54,204 nt of DNA, taken from NCBI GenBank assembly GCA_018304505.1, contig JAGVWA010000014.1, positions 1-54,204 of the forward strand, given 5' to 3'. Within the stretch, counting starts at the first letter, position 1. Every line of letters starts with the position of its first letter. The DNA comes from Nanobdellati archaeon (GTDB lineage Archaea; B1Sed10-29; JAGVWA01). The notes beneath the pieces are model-generated. The model did not search any database and was not told the DNA's origin. It worked only from the letters and a program-made list of their open reading frames with translations. Shown here in pieces: positions 27,784 to 37,895 of this stretch. The translations under genes were made by a program, and so were the position numbers.

Positions 27784-28083
27784 ATGAACGGCTCACGCGG
27801 ATCATCTGCGGCAACGGCAATCATCTTAGTGCTTGTGCTCATTATACTTGTGGTCCTCTTTGTTTATCTCACTGCGCCTACTGAATATGATGACCCCAAA
27901 CTGAGGGCCGCGCGCGCAAAAGCAGTTGATGCATGCGAAACTCCGATAAAGTACCAGATTGGCGGCATTGACCCGAAGCTCGCTTGCCAGGCCTCACTGG
28001 CGATATGCGACAAGATGCCAGGCCTTGATAAAGTGGAGTGCTACGTTGGGCTGGAAGGCTTCCGGGCGCAGCCAACAGAATGA
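27784..28083 (+). CDS. Small membrane-anchored protein with class III (prepilin-like) signal and 4 Cys
   Basis: MNGSRG|SS then hydrophobic helix; TATA TTTATATA upstream. Confidence 0.65.
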   Translation: MNGSRGSSAATAIILVLVLIILVVLFVYLTAPTEYDDPKLRAARAKAVDACETPIKYQIGGIDPKLACQASLAICDKMPGLDKVECYVGLEGFRAQPTE

Positions 28084-28102
28084 GTTATTGGATACTGGTT
28101 TT

Positions 28103-28711
28103 ATGGTACAAACAATTTTCCTGCTACGTCATGCTGAGTCAGAGTCTAACGTGCAGAAGTACTATGGCGGCTGGACGGATTCGCCGCTAACTGATCTTGG
28201 GCGAAAGCAGGCAGGCATCCTCGGCAGGAGGCTGTTGCGTGAAAACATCGGCAAGGCGTACTGTTCTGATCTTGCAAGGGCAAGGCAGACGTTTCAGGCG
28301 ATTGGCTTGCAGTGTCCAATTGAATATGCAGAGGCGCTACGTGAAAAGAACTACGGCATCATGGAAGGCAAACCCTGGACTGACGCAGAGGAACATCGGC
28401 AGGCGCACTTTAATCAAGAGCACAAGTTCGAAAAAGGCGAATCGGTAGTTGAAGTTCAGAAACGCGTTGTGGACTTCTTCAATAGCAAAGTTTTAAAATC
28501 GTCAGAGGAAAAAGTGATTGTGGTGTCTCATCACAACCCCCTCGTTGCATTGGCGTGCCACGTTATTGGTCTTGATTTGAAAAACTGGAGGCACTTGCAG
28601 ATCGGAAATGCGGGCCTGTGCATTCTGAATTTTGAAGAGGGCATCTGGAGAATTAAGTTGTGGAATTCATTGTCGCACTTTGGCCTGCAGAATGATGGGC
28701 CGCTTTATTGA
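28103..28711 (+). CDS. Histidine phosphatase (phosphoglycerate mutase family)
   Basis: LLRHAES, SDLARARQT, LREKNYG..EG, GES, VVSH. Confidence 0.93.
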   Translation: MVQTIFLLRHAESESNVQKYYGGWTDSPLTDLGRKQAGILGRRLLRENIGKAYCSDLARARQTFQAIGLQCPIEYAEALREKNYGIMEGKPWTDAEEHRQAHFNQEHKFEKGESVVEVQKRVVDFFNSKVLKSSEEKVIVVSHHNPLVALACHVIGLDLKNWRHLQIGNAGLCILNFEEGIWRIKLWNSLSHFGLQNDGPLY

Positions 28712-28714
28712 GTT

Positions 28715-29266
28715 TCACTGGTGCGACCTTGTGCGCGCGTGAATGGCTTTTGCTGCTGCCTTTGGTTTCGCAGCCTTTGCGTGGCGAATTTCTGCCTGCT
28801 CTCTTTGCAGCGCGGTTCTTACTGCCGCGCGCTCGCGCTCTTTCTTTGCTGCTAGTTGCTGTGCACGTCTAACGTCGCTTGCTTCCCTAGCCAGTTCCAC
28901 TTTCCGTTGGCCAGCCATGCCTTCAAAGCCCCGCCTCATTTGGGCAACCCTGTCTAATGGAGTTACGGGCCTGGCAACGGGGGGTAAAGTTGGTTTCCGT
29001 GCCTGAATCCCGGGGCTTGCGTATAGCTGTTTTGCCCTTGGAAGTGGAGCCTGTTGTGGCCCGACGTTAGTTATGGGCCTTGCTGCTTTCGGTGCTTCGT
29101 GTCGCATGCCCATGCCCCTCCGGGCTTGTGATATCTGCTGCCCTTTTGGCGCTTTTAGCTGATAGGGTATTGCCGGCGCTGGCGGTTTCGGCGGCTGCCT
29201 AACAGGCGGAACTGGGGGGCGTGCTGCGTTTTTTGGTTTCCTTCTGAAGCGGTCTAGGATGCCCAT
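28715..29266 (-). CDS. Basic Pro/Arg/Ala-rich orphan protein
   Basis: Open frame with TATA (TTTATATA) and GTGAG RBS upstream. Confidence 0.7.
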   Translation of the reverse strand: MGILDRFRRKPKNAARPPVPPVRQPPKPPAPAIPYQLKAPKGQQISQARRGMGMRHEAPKAARPITNVGPQQAPLPRAKQLYASPGIQARKPTLPPVARPVTPLDRVAQMRRGFEGMAGQRKVELAREASDVRRAQQLAAKKERERAAVRTALQREQAEIRHAKAAKPKAAAKAIHARTRSHQ

Positions 29267-29391
29267 ATATTACTCACGCTGTGCTGTTATATAAAGGTTT
29301 CAGGTTCTTGCAGAAAAAAGAAAAAAAGAAAGGGGGCGTGATCATTGTGGGGCCAGCTTAACCACGCTCATTTTTTCTATTGCACGAATCG

Positions 29392-29820
29392 TTATGCGAG
29401 CCGCTCTAGTATGTACGCGTTCACCTGCTCGGCTTTGTTTTTTATGTTGCCCCGATAGACGATGTGCTTGTCGATTTCAGCTGGCTTAAATGTTTCAATC
29501 ACGTGGCTCATAGCGCTTTCGATGTCGAAGTCCTTGCAGGAGTAGATGTCCATTGTGAAGTGCCTGTTCTTCGGAAAGGTGTGTATGGCAATATGACTTT
29601 CGGCAATGATTACAAAACCAGTCACCCCGACGTCAGTGGGGGTCCTCTGCCTCACGACGTATGGCCGCGTCATTTTCGTCATGTTGATTTTCTCGGGCAG
29701 GTTATCAAGAAGTTCGTATACGTTATCTATGCTGTTCAGGGTTTCTTCGTTACAGCCGTACCCTTCAATCATGAGGTGCGGGCCGTACATGTCTCGGTAT
29801 GTGTTTTTGGGATGAATCAA
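29392..29820 (-). CDS. speD: S-adenosylmethionine decarboxylase proenzyme (pyruvoyl-dependent)
   Basis: YGPHL, GVTGFVIIAESHIAIHTFP, DIYSC; GGAGGCGA RBS. Confidence 0.9.
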   Translation of the reverse strand: MIHPKNTYRDMYGPHLMIEGYGCNEETLNSIDNVYELLDNLPEKINMTKMTRPYVVRQRTPTDVGVTGFVIIAESHIAIHTFPKNRHFTMDIYSCKDFDIESAMSHVIETFKPAEIDKHIVYRGNIKNKAEQVNAYILERLA

Positions 29821-29957
29821 ATCGCCTCCAGTATGGCCTTTTTGAAACCGCAGAACAAAGTCTTTTGGCTCGTAGGGGCTTTTGCGTTCATTCGAACTTT
29901 TTTAATAATGCAATAGCGAGTATTTAAGTGTATTCCCCGAGGAGATTTAGGGGCAGT

Positions 29958-30572
29958 TTAGAAGCCGAGTTTTTCTTTCACAAACACAATCGTGATGCGC
30001 CCTGGCATTACTTCCTTGTGAACAATGAGTTCTTTGTTTATGCCGCTGTGCATGCTGTAAGCCTTCAAGGCACGCTGGTCTTCAAGCGGGAATGCGTATT
30101 CTTCGATTCGTTTGAAACCGTCATCGAGGTTCTTGACGATCTTCTGCGTGCCGATTACAAATATTTGCTTTTTTGCGCCGAAAGCGTAAGTGCCTAATTG
30201 ACTGCCGGTGTTTGAGGCAATAACTAGTTTTCCGTCTTCTGTCACTGCATGAACACTACCTATCGCGAAATCGACAGCCGCTGAGGCACGGCGCATTGCG
30301 TCGCGCTGTTCCTTTTCGTCAATGCCGCGAATTTTGTTGGCAACTGAATCGTACTTTTCGGATTCGTTGATCGCTTTTGGTATGCCGATCGCTTCTAGTG
30401 TCATGGAGCTCATTAGGTTGACTTCTGCGCCTTGCGGTATCAGCTCCAGGGTTTTGTCCAATGCATCGGCTGCGTTTTCTACAATTAGTACTTGCATGCC
30501 GTTGCTTTCCAGCGCCGCTTTTGTTTTATCAATTACCTCATCAGTTGCGAGTTCGTCCCATGCCATTTTCAT
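29958..30572 (-). CDS. LUD-domain (lactate utilisation B/C-like) protein
   Basis: SMTL, GSVHAVTEDGKLVIASNTGSQ, GTQKIV. Confidence 0.88.
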   Translation of the reverse strand: MKMAWDELATDEVIDKTKAALESNGMQVLIVENAADALDKTLELIPQGAEVNLMSSMTLEAIGIPKAINESEKYDSVANKIRGIDEKEQRDAMRRASAAVDFAIGSVHAVTEDGKLVIASNTGSQLGTYAFGAKKQIFVIGTQKIVKNLDDGFKRIEEYAFPLEDQRALKAYSMHSGINKELIVHKEVMPGRITIVFVKEKLGF

Positions 30573-30656
30573 CAATCCAGTTTGCGTGTTTGTTTAGGGA
30601 TATGTTGTTTTAGGTTATTAAGTTATGCTTGTTTATTTTGTATGCATCGGTTATCA

Positions 30657-31355
30657 TCAGAGGGAATGAGAGATGGCTTTTATAATGAAATCGTATCGTT
30701 GGTAAGTGTTAGGCTCAAACTGCATTTCAAAGTTATATTCCAGCACTTTGTTTTTTATTGAGTCGATTGTTTTTTCCGCAATGCTAACAGGTTTTTTGCC
30801 CCTGCTGAAAACAATCATCGTGTTTGGGGAATTTGCATCTAATTTATTTATAAGTTTTCTTTCAAGGTCCTTTGGTTTGTCTTCGGCTTTTATAAATAAA
30901 AAATACTTGTCAAGATTGTCTAGTAATGAGTTGATCTGCTCTTCCAGGCTCTTTTCATCATTTGCGTCCTGTAAAAGGAGGCCAAGGTATCTGCTAAGAA
31001 TCCCTCTTTGGCTTATTTCAGCAATCCGCCTACCGCTTGCCCCCCAGTTGGAATATACTTTGTCTAGAAGTTGGTTAAGGGCCTTATGCTTTTTGTTTTC
31101 TTCAAGTTCTTTGAGGTGGTATCCAATTTGTATTTGTAGTAAGTATTCCCTGCTTTTGATGTATCTACGTAGTAATTTCAATTCTGGTTTTTTTCTGTTG
31201 TTTTCAATTTCTTTGATTGTCTCGGTATTCTCGATGAAGGCTAGATCACCAGACTTGAATCTTTCGATGTATTGTTTAAGGTCTTTTTTAAATGTGGTTA
31301 TGGCTCCCTCGGTCATCCCCTTAAAAGCGTTTTCAACAAATTTATCAGGGTCCAT
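30657..31355 (-). CDS. Hypothetical protein (AT-rich islet)
   Basis: 232-aa open frame overlapping the upstream gene stop. Confidence 0.75.
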   Translation of the reverse strand: MDPDKFVENAFKGMTEGAITTFKKDLKQYIERFKSGDLAFIENTETIKEIENNRKKPELKLLRRYIKSREYLLQIQIGYHLKELEENKKHKALNQLLDKVYSNWGASGRRIAEISQRGILSRYLGLLLQDANDEKSLEEQINSLLDNLDKYFLFIKAEDKPKDLERKLINKLDANSPNTMIVFSRGKKPVSIAEKTIDSIKNKVLEYNFEMQFEPNTYQRYDFIIKAISHSL

Positions 31356-31590
31356 TTTGATAATCCTCTAAATATGATGCTATACTTATTGGATTATCAT
31401 CAAGGAGCACAGTGCTTCCTGGGAAGATAGCCATGTTTGAAAGTTTGACCTCATCATTGGTGTATCTGTCCCTTACCCGTTCTCGTGTTTTAGGGTCTAC
31501 CACGAATTTACCATCTGAATCATAGCCCAGTTCTCTTAGAAGCATTGTTTTTGATTCTGTTGGCAGATCCTTCATAGCTATTAGTTCCAT
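31345..31590 (-). CDS. Small hypothetical protein (AT-rich islet)
   Basis: GGGGAT RBS before MELIAMKD; TATA upstream. Confidence 0.72.
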   Translation of the reverse strand: MELIAMKDLPTESKTMLLRELGYDSDGKFVVDPKTRERVRDRYTNDEVKLSNMAIFPGSTVLLDDNPISIASYLEDYQNGP

Positions 31591-31871
31591 GCTTATCCCC
31601 GTATGAATTAACATAAAGCGACTTTATAAGCCTTTGTTAGATAATCCAGATGATTTTCTGTTGTTTCGTGTTTATAAAATTAATGTGCACGGGTCTGGTT
31701 TTAACTAGTTTAAACCAGTTGGGTTACAAACTAACCAATAACCGCCCTTCAATTCATTGGTAGGGGTATGTCAGTACAGAACCGTATTTAAGTTTTTCTG
31801 TTCTGTGGCAGACCAGGTTTGGAAAAGCAATTTGCAAGAGAATAATTTAATTGGCTTTAGGTAATTGTGAG

Positions 31872-31945
31872 CGCCCGAGACGGGATTTGAACCTGTGACC
31901 TGTCGGTTAACAGCCGACCGCTCCGCCGAACTAAGCTACTCGGGC
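31872..31945 (-). tRNA. tRNA-Asn(GTT)
   Basis: Acceptor GCCCGAG/CTCGGGC; anticodon arm GTCGG-CTGTTAA-CCGAC. Confidence 0.95.
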
Positions 31946-32027
31946 ATTGGATTTAGATTGTAGAATAGGTTATATAAAAAAGGTTTATATGGGTCCAACG
32001 AGTTCTGGGCCCATTAAAGTTGGTTAA

Positions 32028-32420
32028 TTAATTTGGCGAGTTGTTCTTCAAATAGAAGTACACAGTTCGCAGTGGCATGTTCACGTTTTCTGAGATTTGT
32101 TTTACTGGAACGCCTGTTTTGCGCTGGTCAAAAATAGCTTTCACTGTCGCGTCTTCGTATTTCACTGGCCTGCCGACCTTGAAGTCGCCGGATGTGAACT
32201 TTATGCTCTTTTCCTGCAGTTGCTGGAACACCTTTTTGCTCGTCTGTGCATATAGGCTTGGGGGGCATGACAAGTTTTCTAGAGTTGGGCATTGTGCCAG
32301 CGTAGCTTGTACAATGTCAAGTGTTGGTCTTAGGTTAACGTAAACGTGCTTGTGGTCTCCCTTTATTTTCTTTATGTTTTTAATCAAAGTTTTTTTGTCT
32401 TTTCCTCTGATAACGTGCAT
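32028..32420 (-). CDS. DUF1699-like protein with C-terminal HTH
   Basis: HVYVNLRPT..I......CP.L....PPSLY; GRP.KY then resolvase-type HTH; AGGTGA RBS. Confidence 0.7.
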   Translation of the reverse strand: MHVIRGKDKKTLIKNIKKIKGDHKHVYVNLRPTLDIVQATLAQCPTLENLSCPPSLYAQTSKKVFQQLQEKSIKFTSGDFKVGRPVKYEDATVKAIFDQRKTGVPVKQISENVNMPLRTVYFYLKNNSPN

Positions 32421-32555
32421 TTCATTTCACCTTCGCTTTAGTTGGTATGGGGCAATCAAAAATATTGCGTAATGTTTGTGCAATATTGTGTATATAAAGG
32501 TTTTGTTACAATTGGGTAGTGGTTATTTTCTAATAAATTATTGCAAACGCGTGCC

Positions 32556-33701
32556 CTAATCGAGGAAGTCGCGCTTTTCGAGCTTTTCAGGGATGTACTC
32601 CTCACTTATGAACGTCAGGCGTTTTTTGGCAAGGCTCTGCAACTCGGCCTTTATGCCCTTGTTAATGCTCATCTTGAGCTCAGTTTGCCATCGCGGGCTT
32701 TGGAACACTGGATAGCTGAGCATTTCCTTTGCGCGGGCGATGTCTACTGGTTTTTGCTTAAGCGCAATGTCTTCAAGGCCATAGTTCACAACGTCAGTCA
32801 ATGTGAGGCCAACGAAATTCGCAGTTGGGGTCGCTAGCTGTTCGCTAGTATGGGGCAAGGCGTACGAGCCGTATTTCAGTACAGAGTAGATGTACCATCC
32901 CCAGGGGTCTGCATCAGTGAAAACATAAATCGGTAACTTGAATTCGTTGCTGAATCTGTGCAGGAGCCTTCTTGCGCCTCTTGTGCTTTGTCCTTGGGTT
33001 GCTATGAGAATGCAGTTCATGTCTTTCCATATCCTGTCTTCGTGTAGGCGCTCCCAGACGGCGTTTTTCTCTACATATAGAACGAAGTCTGCGTCAATGC
33101 TTTTGAAATGCACGTCATCTGTTATTGAGGGTATGGCCCATCCTCCGCTGCCGAGTTTGCTCCAGTTGATCTCATCTCCCTGGCTCTCGATTACTACATT
33201 GCCAACGACAGAACCCTTTTTGTCTGCCTGCAAGTTCAGGTCTTCCCGCAGTACGCCAAGGGCTACCTCTAAATCTTCGGAAATCACGTTTGATTCTTTT
33301 TGATCATTAACTATGGCTTCTTTTTGCCCAGGAACTTTTATGTTCAAGAGCATGTAGTACAGGTCCCTGATTGTGGCATGCAAGTTTTCCCTGAGCAAAT
33401 CATCCTTGCACGCTTGTGCAACCGCGAGCATTTGCGCAAACTTTTTGGTATGAGACACGTTCATGTAGCGCCTCTTGATAACCTTATCGCCGGGCATTAT
33501 GATGTTTGTTTCAGGATGGTGATAAGCGTTTGATTTCCCCCTTAGTGGAACGGTGAGGTACGGGGCCTGGTCTTTCTTTATGTCTTCGACAACTTCCTTT
33601 GCCAGCTGTTCTATCTTATCGATTGTCTCGAGCCTCTTTTTCCGCTGCGCTTCAGTCTCTGGTATTCTGAATTTTTCCCTACTTGTTTGCTTTTTTGCCA
33701 T
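32556..33701 (-). CDS. top6A: DNA topoisomerase VI subunit A
   Basis: TIRDLYY, VEKNAV, TQGQ, FTDADPWG, KAELQSL. Confidence 0.96.
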   Translation of the reverse strand: MAKKQTSREKFRIPETEAQRKKRLETIDKIEQLAKEVVEDIKKDQAPYLTVPLRGKSNAYHHPETNIIMPGDKVIKRRYMNVSHTKKFAQMLAVAQACKDDLLRENLHATIRDLYYMLLNIKVPGQKEAIVNDQKESNVISEDLEVALGVLREDLNLQADKKGSVVGNVVIESQGDEINWSKLGSGGWAIPSITDDVHFKSIDADFVLYVEKNAVWERLHEDRIWKDMNCILIATQGQSTRGARRLLHRFSNEFKLPIYVFTDADPWGWYIYSVLKYGSYALPHTSEQLATPTANFVGLTLTDVVNYGLEDIALKQKPVDIARAKEMLSYPVFQSPRWQTELKMSINKGIKAELQSLAKKRLTFISEEYIPEKLEKRDFLD

Positions 33702-33734
33702 GTTCATCACTGATCGTTATTTTACTACTACTGC

Positions 33735-35408
33735 TTATTCTAGTTCGTGCGCCACCTCATCGGGTATTTCGTCTGCTTCTTCCTCAACCTCTGGTTCAGG
33801 GGCCTCTTCAAGTTCTGCACTGTACTTGGCCTCAATTATCTGTCGCAGTTGCGATTCAAGCCTTTCGGCGCTCTCTCCGGTTATCTTTGCAAGTGAGTCC
33901 GCTACTGGTTTTATGTACATCTCGAGCGTCTTTTTCTTCTGTTCCTGCTCGTACATCTTCTTCTTGCCGGCCACGTATCTGCCGACCTTTCTGCCGACTT
34001 CCATCAGCGCAAGCCGGATTTCCTTTAGCACTTCATCTTCGCTGGCGATGCTTTGCTTTCCAGCGCCAGTGTACGGCACATGGATGCTCGTGAAGTTGAC
34101 CATTATTGTCAGCGGATTTTCAGGTCTGATTTCATAGCGTTTCCAGTCAACGCTTTGTATTGCCTTTGTGATTGCGCAGCCTCCCGAGTCGAACAATAAC
34201 GGCGTCCTGTTTGCAAATCGCATGATTTCGATGTTGTCCTTTTTGGCTTCCCCGAGCTGTTCAAGTTCAGCTTCGCCTACCTTTCCTGATTTTCCCCCGT
34301 AGGCAATGGCAACTTCTATTTGGAATGGGACCCCTCCGCGGAAGATGCCGGCGGGCCTTGTGAGGATGTCCTTGAATTCGGGCGTCAGGATGTTCTCTAG
34401 GGCTTTTTCTAGGTTGTTTTGACCAATGGGAATCAAAACATCGGTCGGTGGGGCGATGAAGGAAATTTTTTCAATGGCTTGGCAAACCTGTTCTGCTTCT
34501 TCCCACCTCAAGTCTTGCGGGCGCTTGTTCATGTCGAACGCAACCCTGTCTTGGATTTCCTTGGTCTTTGCATTACTCATCCTGGTGAATTCTGACTCAA
34601 GGAATGAAGCCACGCTCCGTGCCTTGGTTTTTGTTGCATAGGCCATTAAGTCGCTTGTCTCAAGGCCCTTTGGGTGGGGCTTTGCCTCCTTTGGCTGTTT
34701 TGGGATCTGCCCAGATGCCCGGTCATAGACCGTTGTAATGCTGTCAGGGTCCATATACGTCAGCTTGGCGTGTGGGTTTACGAGCATTGTTCTTCTGATG
34801 TATTCATCAGGGCCTTGTTCTGATTTTTGGTACAGCACGTGTTTCAGTTCTGTCTCTACCCTTGTTCCGCGCATCCTGCCTGAATATATTTTCTCGTCGC
34901 TTATGGCGGCCGAGTTTGTCTTTAAATCAATGGCCACGCGCATTTCGTGTACCTCATTGTTGCCCTGCCCGGTGATGATTTTTGTGGGCTTGCCTGTTGT
35001 CTCCTGCGCGAACATGACTGCGCCAGCAGCCCCGATGCCTTGTTGTCCGCGGGCCTGCTTAAAAACATGAAACTTGGTTCCGGCCAACATGGTGGCGAAT
35101 ACCTTGCCAACAAGTTTTTTCGGTATACCCGGACCATTGTCTTCTACAATTAGCTTGTAGTGTTCATGGCCGAGCTTGTCCAGCTTTACGTAAATTTCCG
35201 GGAGGATGCCTGCTTCTTCGCATGCATCAAGTGCGTTGGTAACGTATTCGTGTATAACCGTCGTTAGGGATACGATCTTTCCGCTGTAACCGAGCATTTG
35301 CCTGTTTTTCTTGAAGAACTCTGCTACGGAGTGCTCTTTGAAATCTTTGTGGATGTTGATTGTTTTTTCTGTGGGTGCTGATTGTGCCTCTGCCACTGAT
35401 AAAGTCAC
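33735..35408 (-). CDS. top6B: DNA topoisomerase VI subunit B
   Basis: SVAEFF, HEYVTNALDA, EDNGPGI, RGQQGIG, RFANRTPL. Confidence 0.97.
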   Translation of the reverse strand: MTLSVAEAQSAPTEKTINIHKDFKEHSVAEFFKKNRQMLGYSGKIVSLTTVIHEYVTNALDACEEAGILPEIYVKLDKLGHEHYKLIVEDNGPGIPKKLVGKVFATMLAGTKFHVFKQARGQQGIGAAGAVMFAQETTGKPTKIITGQGNNEVHEMRVAIDLKTNSAAISDEKIYSGRMRGTRVETELKHVLYQKSEQGPDEYIRRTMLVNPHAKLTYMDPDSITTVYDRASGQIPKQPKEAKPHPKGLETSDLMAYATKTKARSVASFLESEFTRMSNAKTKEIQDRVAFDMNKRPQDLRWEEAEQVCQAIEKISFIAPPTDVLIPIGQNNLEKALENILTPEFKDILTRPAGIFRGGVPFQIEVAIAYGGKSGKVGEAELEQLGEAKKDNIEIMRFANRTPLLFDSGGCAITKAIQSVDWKRYEIRPENPLTIMVNFTSIHVPYTGAGKQSIASEDEVLKEIRLALMEVGRKVGRYVAGKKKMYEQEQKKKTLEMYIKPVADSLAKITGESAERLESQLRQIIEAKYSAELEEAPEPEVEEEADEIPDEVAHELE

Positions 35409-35956
35409 CTTCTCATTTTCTGTCGCTTGTATTTCTCTACGAACTTGATAACGTTCGGAATGGGTGTGCCTTCGATGATTTTAGAAACAGCTTCCTTTGC
35501 TGCGTTCACATCTTCTATTTCTCCGAGGATAGTTACTAGATTGTTGTTTATAATTATTTCCGTGTCTGTCAACTTCGACAAGTACGCCCTGACTTTGCCT
35601 TCGGTTCCAATGAGGCGTGATTTTACCCGGCTTAACTCTTTGTCAGAATCGCCAACCGCCTCGGCTAAATTGACTTGTCCTGTGTAGTATTGTGGATTTT
35701 CTAGTTTATAAGCTTTTTGCGGTGCGATTCCGCCGGCTATCGCCTTTATCACTTCACGCGCCTGGATGCCTTTCAGTGCATCGTTTTCAATGTTCCTGAT
35801 TAGGTTGACCTCTCCGGTTTCTGAATTGATTTCCAACTTCACCGTGAAGCGCCTTTCGATCTCGTTTTTTGTCTTGCCCTCTTTTCCGATAAGTACGGCG
35901 ATTCTGTCCCGCGGGACCTTGAGCATGTCAACGATCTTTTCTTCCATGTAGTTCAT
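35405..35956 (-). CDS. KH-domain rRNA-processing protein (Dim2/Pno1-like)
   Basis: RIAVLIGKEG and RLIGTEG KH motifs; rio1/top6 context. Confidence 0.92.
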   Translation of the reverse strand: MNYMEEKIVDMLKVPRDRIAVLIGKEGKTKNEIERRFTVKLEINSETGEVNLIRNIENDALKGIQAREVIKAIAGGIAPQKAYKLENPQYYTGQVNLAEAVGDSDKELSRVKSRLIGTEGKVRAYLSKLTDTEIIINNNLVTILGEIEDVNAAKEAVSKIIEGTPIPNVIKFVEKYKRQKMRR

Positions 35957-35977
35957 CTTTTCATTTGGCTAACATTA

Positions 35978-36613
35978 TTATTCGATGTACCTAAGCAGAT
36001 CTGTTAGTTTTTGTATTACTATGTTAGCGCCTGCTCTTATTAATTCTTCTTTTCTATGCGTCCCTGTTGTTATGCCAATAGCTTTTCCGCAGCCTGCGTT
36101 CCTGGCCCCCTGCATGTCGAATTCATGATCTCCGACGAACCAGGCCTCTTCTGGTTTTACGTTTAATTTGTCGCACGCCATTAATATGGGTGCAGGGTCG
36201 GGTTTAATGACATTTACGTCGTCCTTTGTGACAACAACGTCGACGGGCAATGGGATCTTGTCAATGAATATGTCGTTTATTTCCTTTGTCCGGGTTGTTA
36301 CAAAAGCGGCCTTTATGCCCTTGTTTTTCAGTTCACTCAGCGTCTCATTTGCCCCGGGCAGCAAATTAAGCGTTGTGTCCTTGTAAGCTGCGTGGTAGGC
36401 TTTCCTGAATTCCTCTGCCTTGTCTGCGCTGTCAGGCAGTATCTGCTTGAAGCCGCTTTCAACGCTTTTTCCTATGATGTGCTTGTAAATCTCATCTTTG
36501 GTGATTTCGCGCACGCCGATTCTGACGCATGCCTTTTGCATCGCGCTCACGACGCCGTGCAGATCCAGAATGGTTCCGTCAACGTCGAACAGTACTGCTT
36601 TTGGATTCGTCAT
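35978..36613 (-). CDS. HAD-family phosphatase
   Basis: FDVDGT, KPDP, VGD...D. Confidence 0.93.
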   Translation of the reverse strand: MTNPKAVLFDVDGTILDLHGVVSAMQKACVRIGVREITKDEIYKHIIGKSVESGFKQILPDSADKAEEFRKAYHAAYKDTTLNLLPGANETLSELKNKGIKAAFVTTRTKEINDIFIDKIPLPVDVVVTKDDVNVIKPDPAPILMACDKLNVKPEEAWFVGDHEFDMQGARNAGCGKAIGITTGTHRKEELIRAGANIVIQKLTDLLRYIE

Positions 36614-37335
36614 TCCAACACCTGCTTTATTACCTTTGCATGGTCGAATGGCACCTTGTACTTCTTTGCGATTTTTTCAATTTCTCGCAGGTCCCTCTCA
36701 AGGAATTCGCGTGACATTGGATGCTCAATGCTGACGCCCTGGCCAATGTCGATGATCACTGGCTCATTGTTGTTCATTAGCACGTTGAAATCATTCAAGT
36801 CTGCGTGCACCAGCTTGGCCTTTTTCCACAATGCAATGACGGAATCGATTAGAAATTGTACTACGTCGGCTGGTTTCTCCGGCTTTGTGTACTTCAACAA
36901 CGGCGCAGCATTTCCATCATCAGTGTCTATGAACTCCATTAGCAGGACGTTGTTGAAAAAGCCGAAGGCATGAGGCACCCTTACCTTGGCATGTGTTGCC
37001 TCAATTAAATTCCGGAATTCCTTTTGGCACCACACCTTGACGATGCCCCTTTTGGTTCCGCGGATTTTTTCAAACCGTGGGTCGCCTTCGATGTAGTCTG
37101 TCATGTGATGGAAACCCGTGGTTTCTATCCTAAAAATCTTGACCGCGCGGTAAGTTCCGTCGGCGGCTGTGGCCCGGAACACGTCGGCTTCCTTGCCCGT
37201 GCTGATCGGAAAGTCCAGCGACGCGATCTGGTTTTTACCAAACACCTTGAGCAAGGCGTTGTTTGTGTAGTTGTCGAAAACGCGCTCTCGGATCTTGAAG
37301 AACTCCCTGCCTCTGTGGATCTCTTTTTCGCTCAT
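36610..37335 (-). CDS. rio1: RIO1 serine protein kinase
   Basis: ISTGKEADVF, AVKIFR, W..KEFRNL, LVHADL, IIDIGQ. Confidence 0.95.
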   Translation of the reverse strand: MSEKEIHRGREFFKIRERVFDNYTNNALLKVFGKNQIASLDFPISTGKEADVFRATAADGTYRAVKIFRIETTGFHHMTDYIEGDPRFEKIRGTKRGIVKVWCQKEFRNLIEATHAKVRVPHAFGFFNNVLLMEFIDTDDGNAAPLLKYTKPEKPADVVQFLIDSVIALWKKAKLVHADLNDFNVLMNNNEPVIIDIGQGVSIEHPMSREFLERDLREIEKIAKKYKVPFDHAKVIKQVLE

Positions 37336-37427
37336 GGATATGTTATTGAAAATTGAGGTTAAAAGGGTTAGCTTTAAATACCATTTGCGCAAGAAATATA
37401 TGATACGTTCATAATGGAAAATGCCGA

Positions 37428-37718
37428 ATGTGGAACATTGTAACAGTTAATCCCGGCGAGGACCCAGAACGGTACTCGGAGCTTCAGGCAGAGATCGAGA
37501 GACGGAAGGGGGTACGGTTAGGGGATAATTCCATTGAGTATCCAGTCCCTGGAAGCGTTATAATAAAGATGAGTGACGGGCGGATCAAGGAGCGCATCGA
37601 TGGGGATGGTGGGGATCACTTCAGTGGAAGACTGTGGACTTACCAATTGATGATCAACAGGAACGAGCCGAATGCGGATCAATTCAGGGAAGCGCTAAGG
37701 TTGGCCAAAGGAGAATAA
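37428..37718 (+). CDS. MW-family orphan (MWNIVT...)
   Basis: 96-aa ORF whose first start codon gives Met-Trp. Confidence 0.7.
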   Translation: MWNIVTVNPGEDPERYSELQAEIERRKGVRLGDNSIEYPVPGSVIIKMSDGRIKERIDGDGGDHFSGRLWTYQLMINRNEPNADQFREALRLAKGE

Positions 37719-37769
37719 CCGCAAATCGGTCAAATCAATTATGGGCTATCCGTAGGGCACGAGGTTAAC

Positions 37770-37792
37770 GATTTTGTTGAGGCCTTTGCAGA
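37770..37792 (+). repeat. Remnant of the palindromic repeat family
   Basis: GATTTTGTTGAGGCCT is identical to 17690-17705 and is followed by TTGCAGA, as in copy A. Confidence 0.5.
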
Positions 37793-37895
37793 ATCGATAA
37801 AGAGGTAAAAGGCGGCTGGCCTTTTGTGTGCTAGAAGCACACACTACGATGTAGTAACAAAAGGTTTATATATCTGTTTTGCAATAATTATAAGC

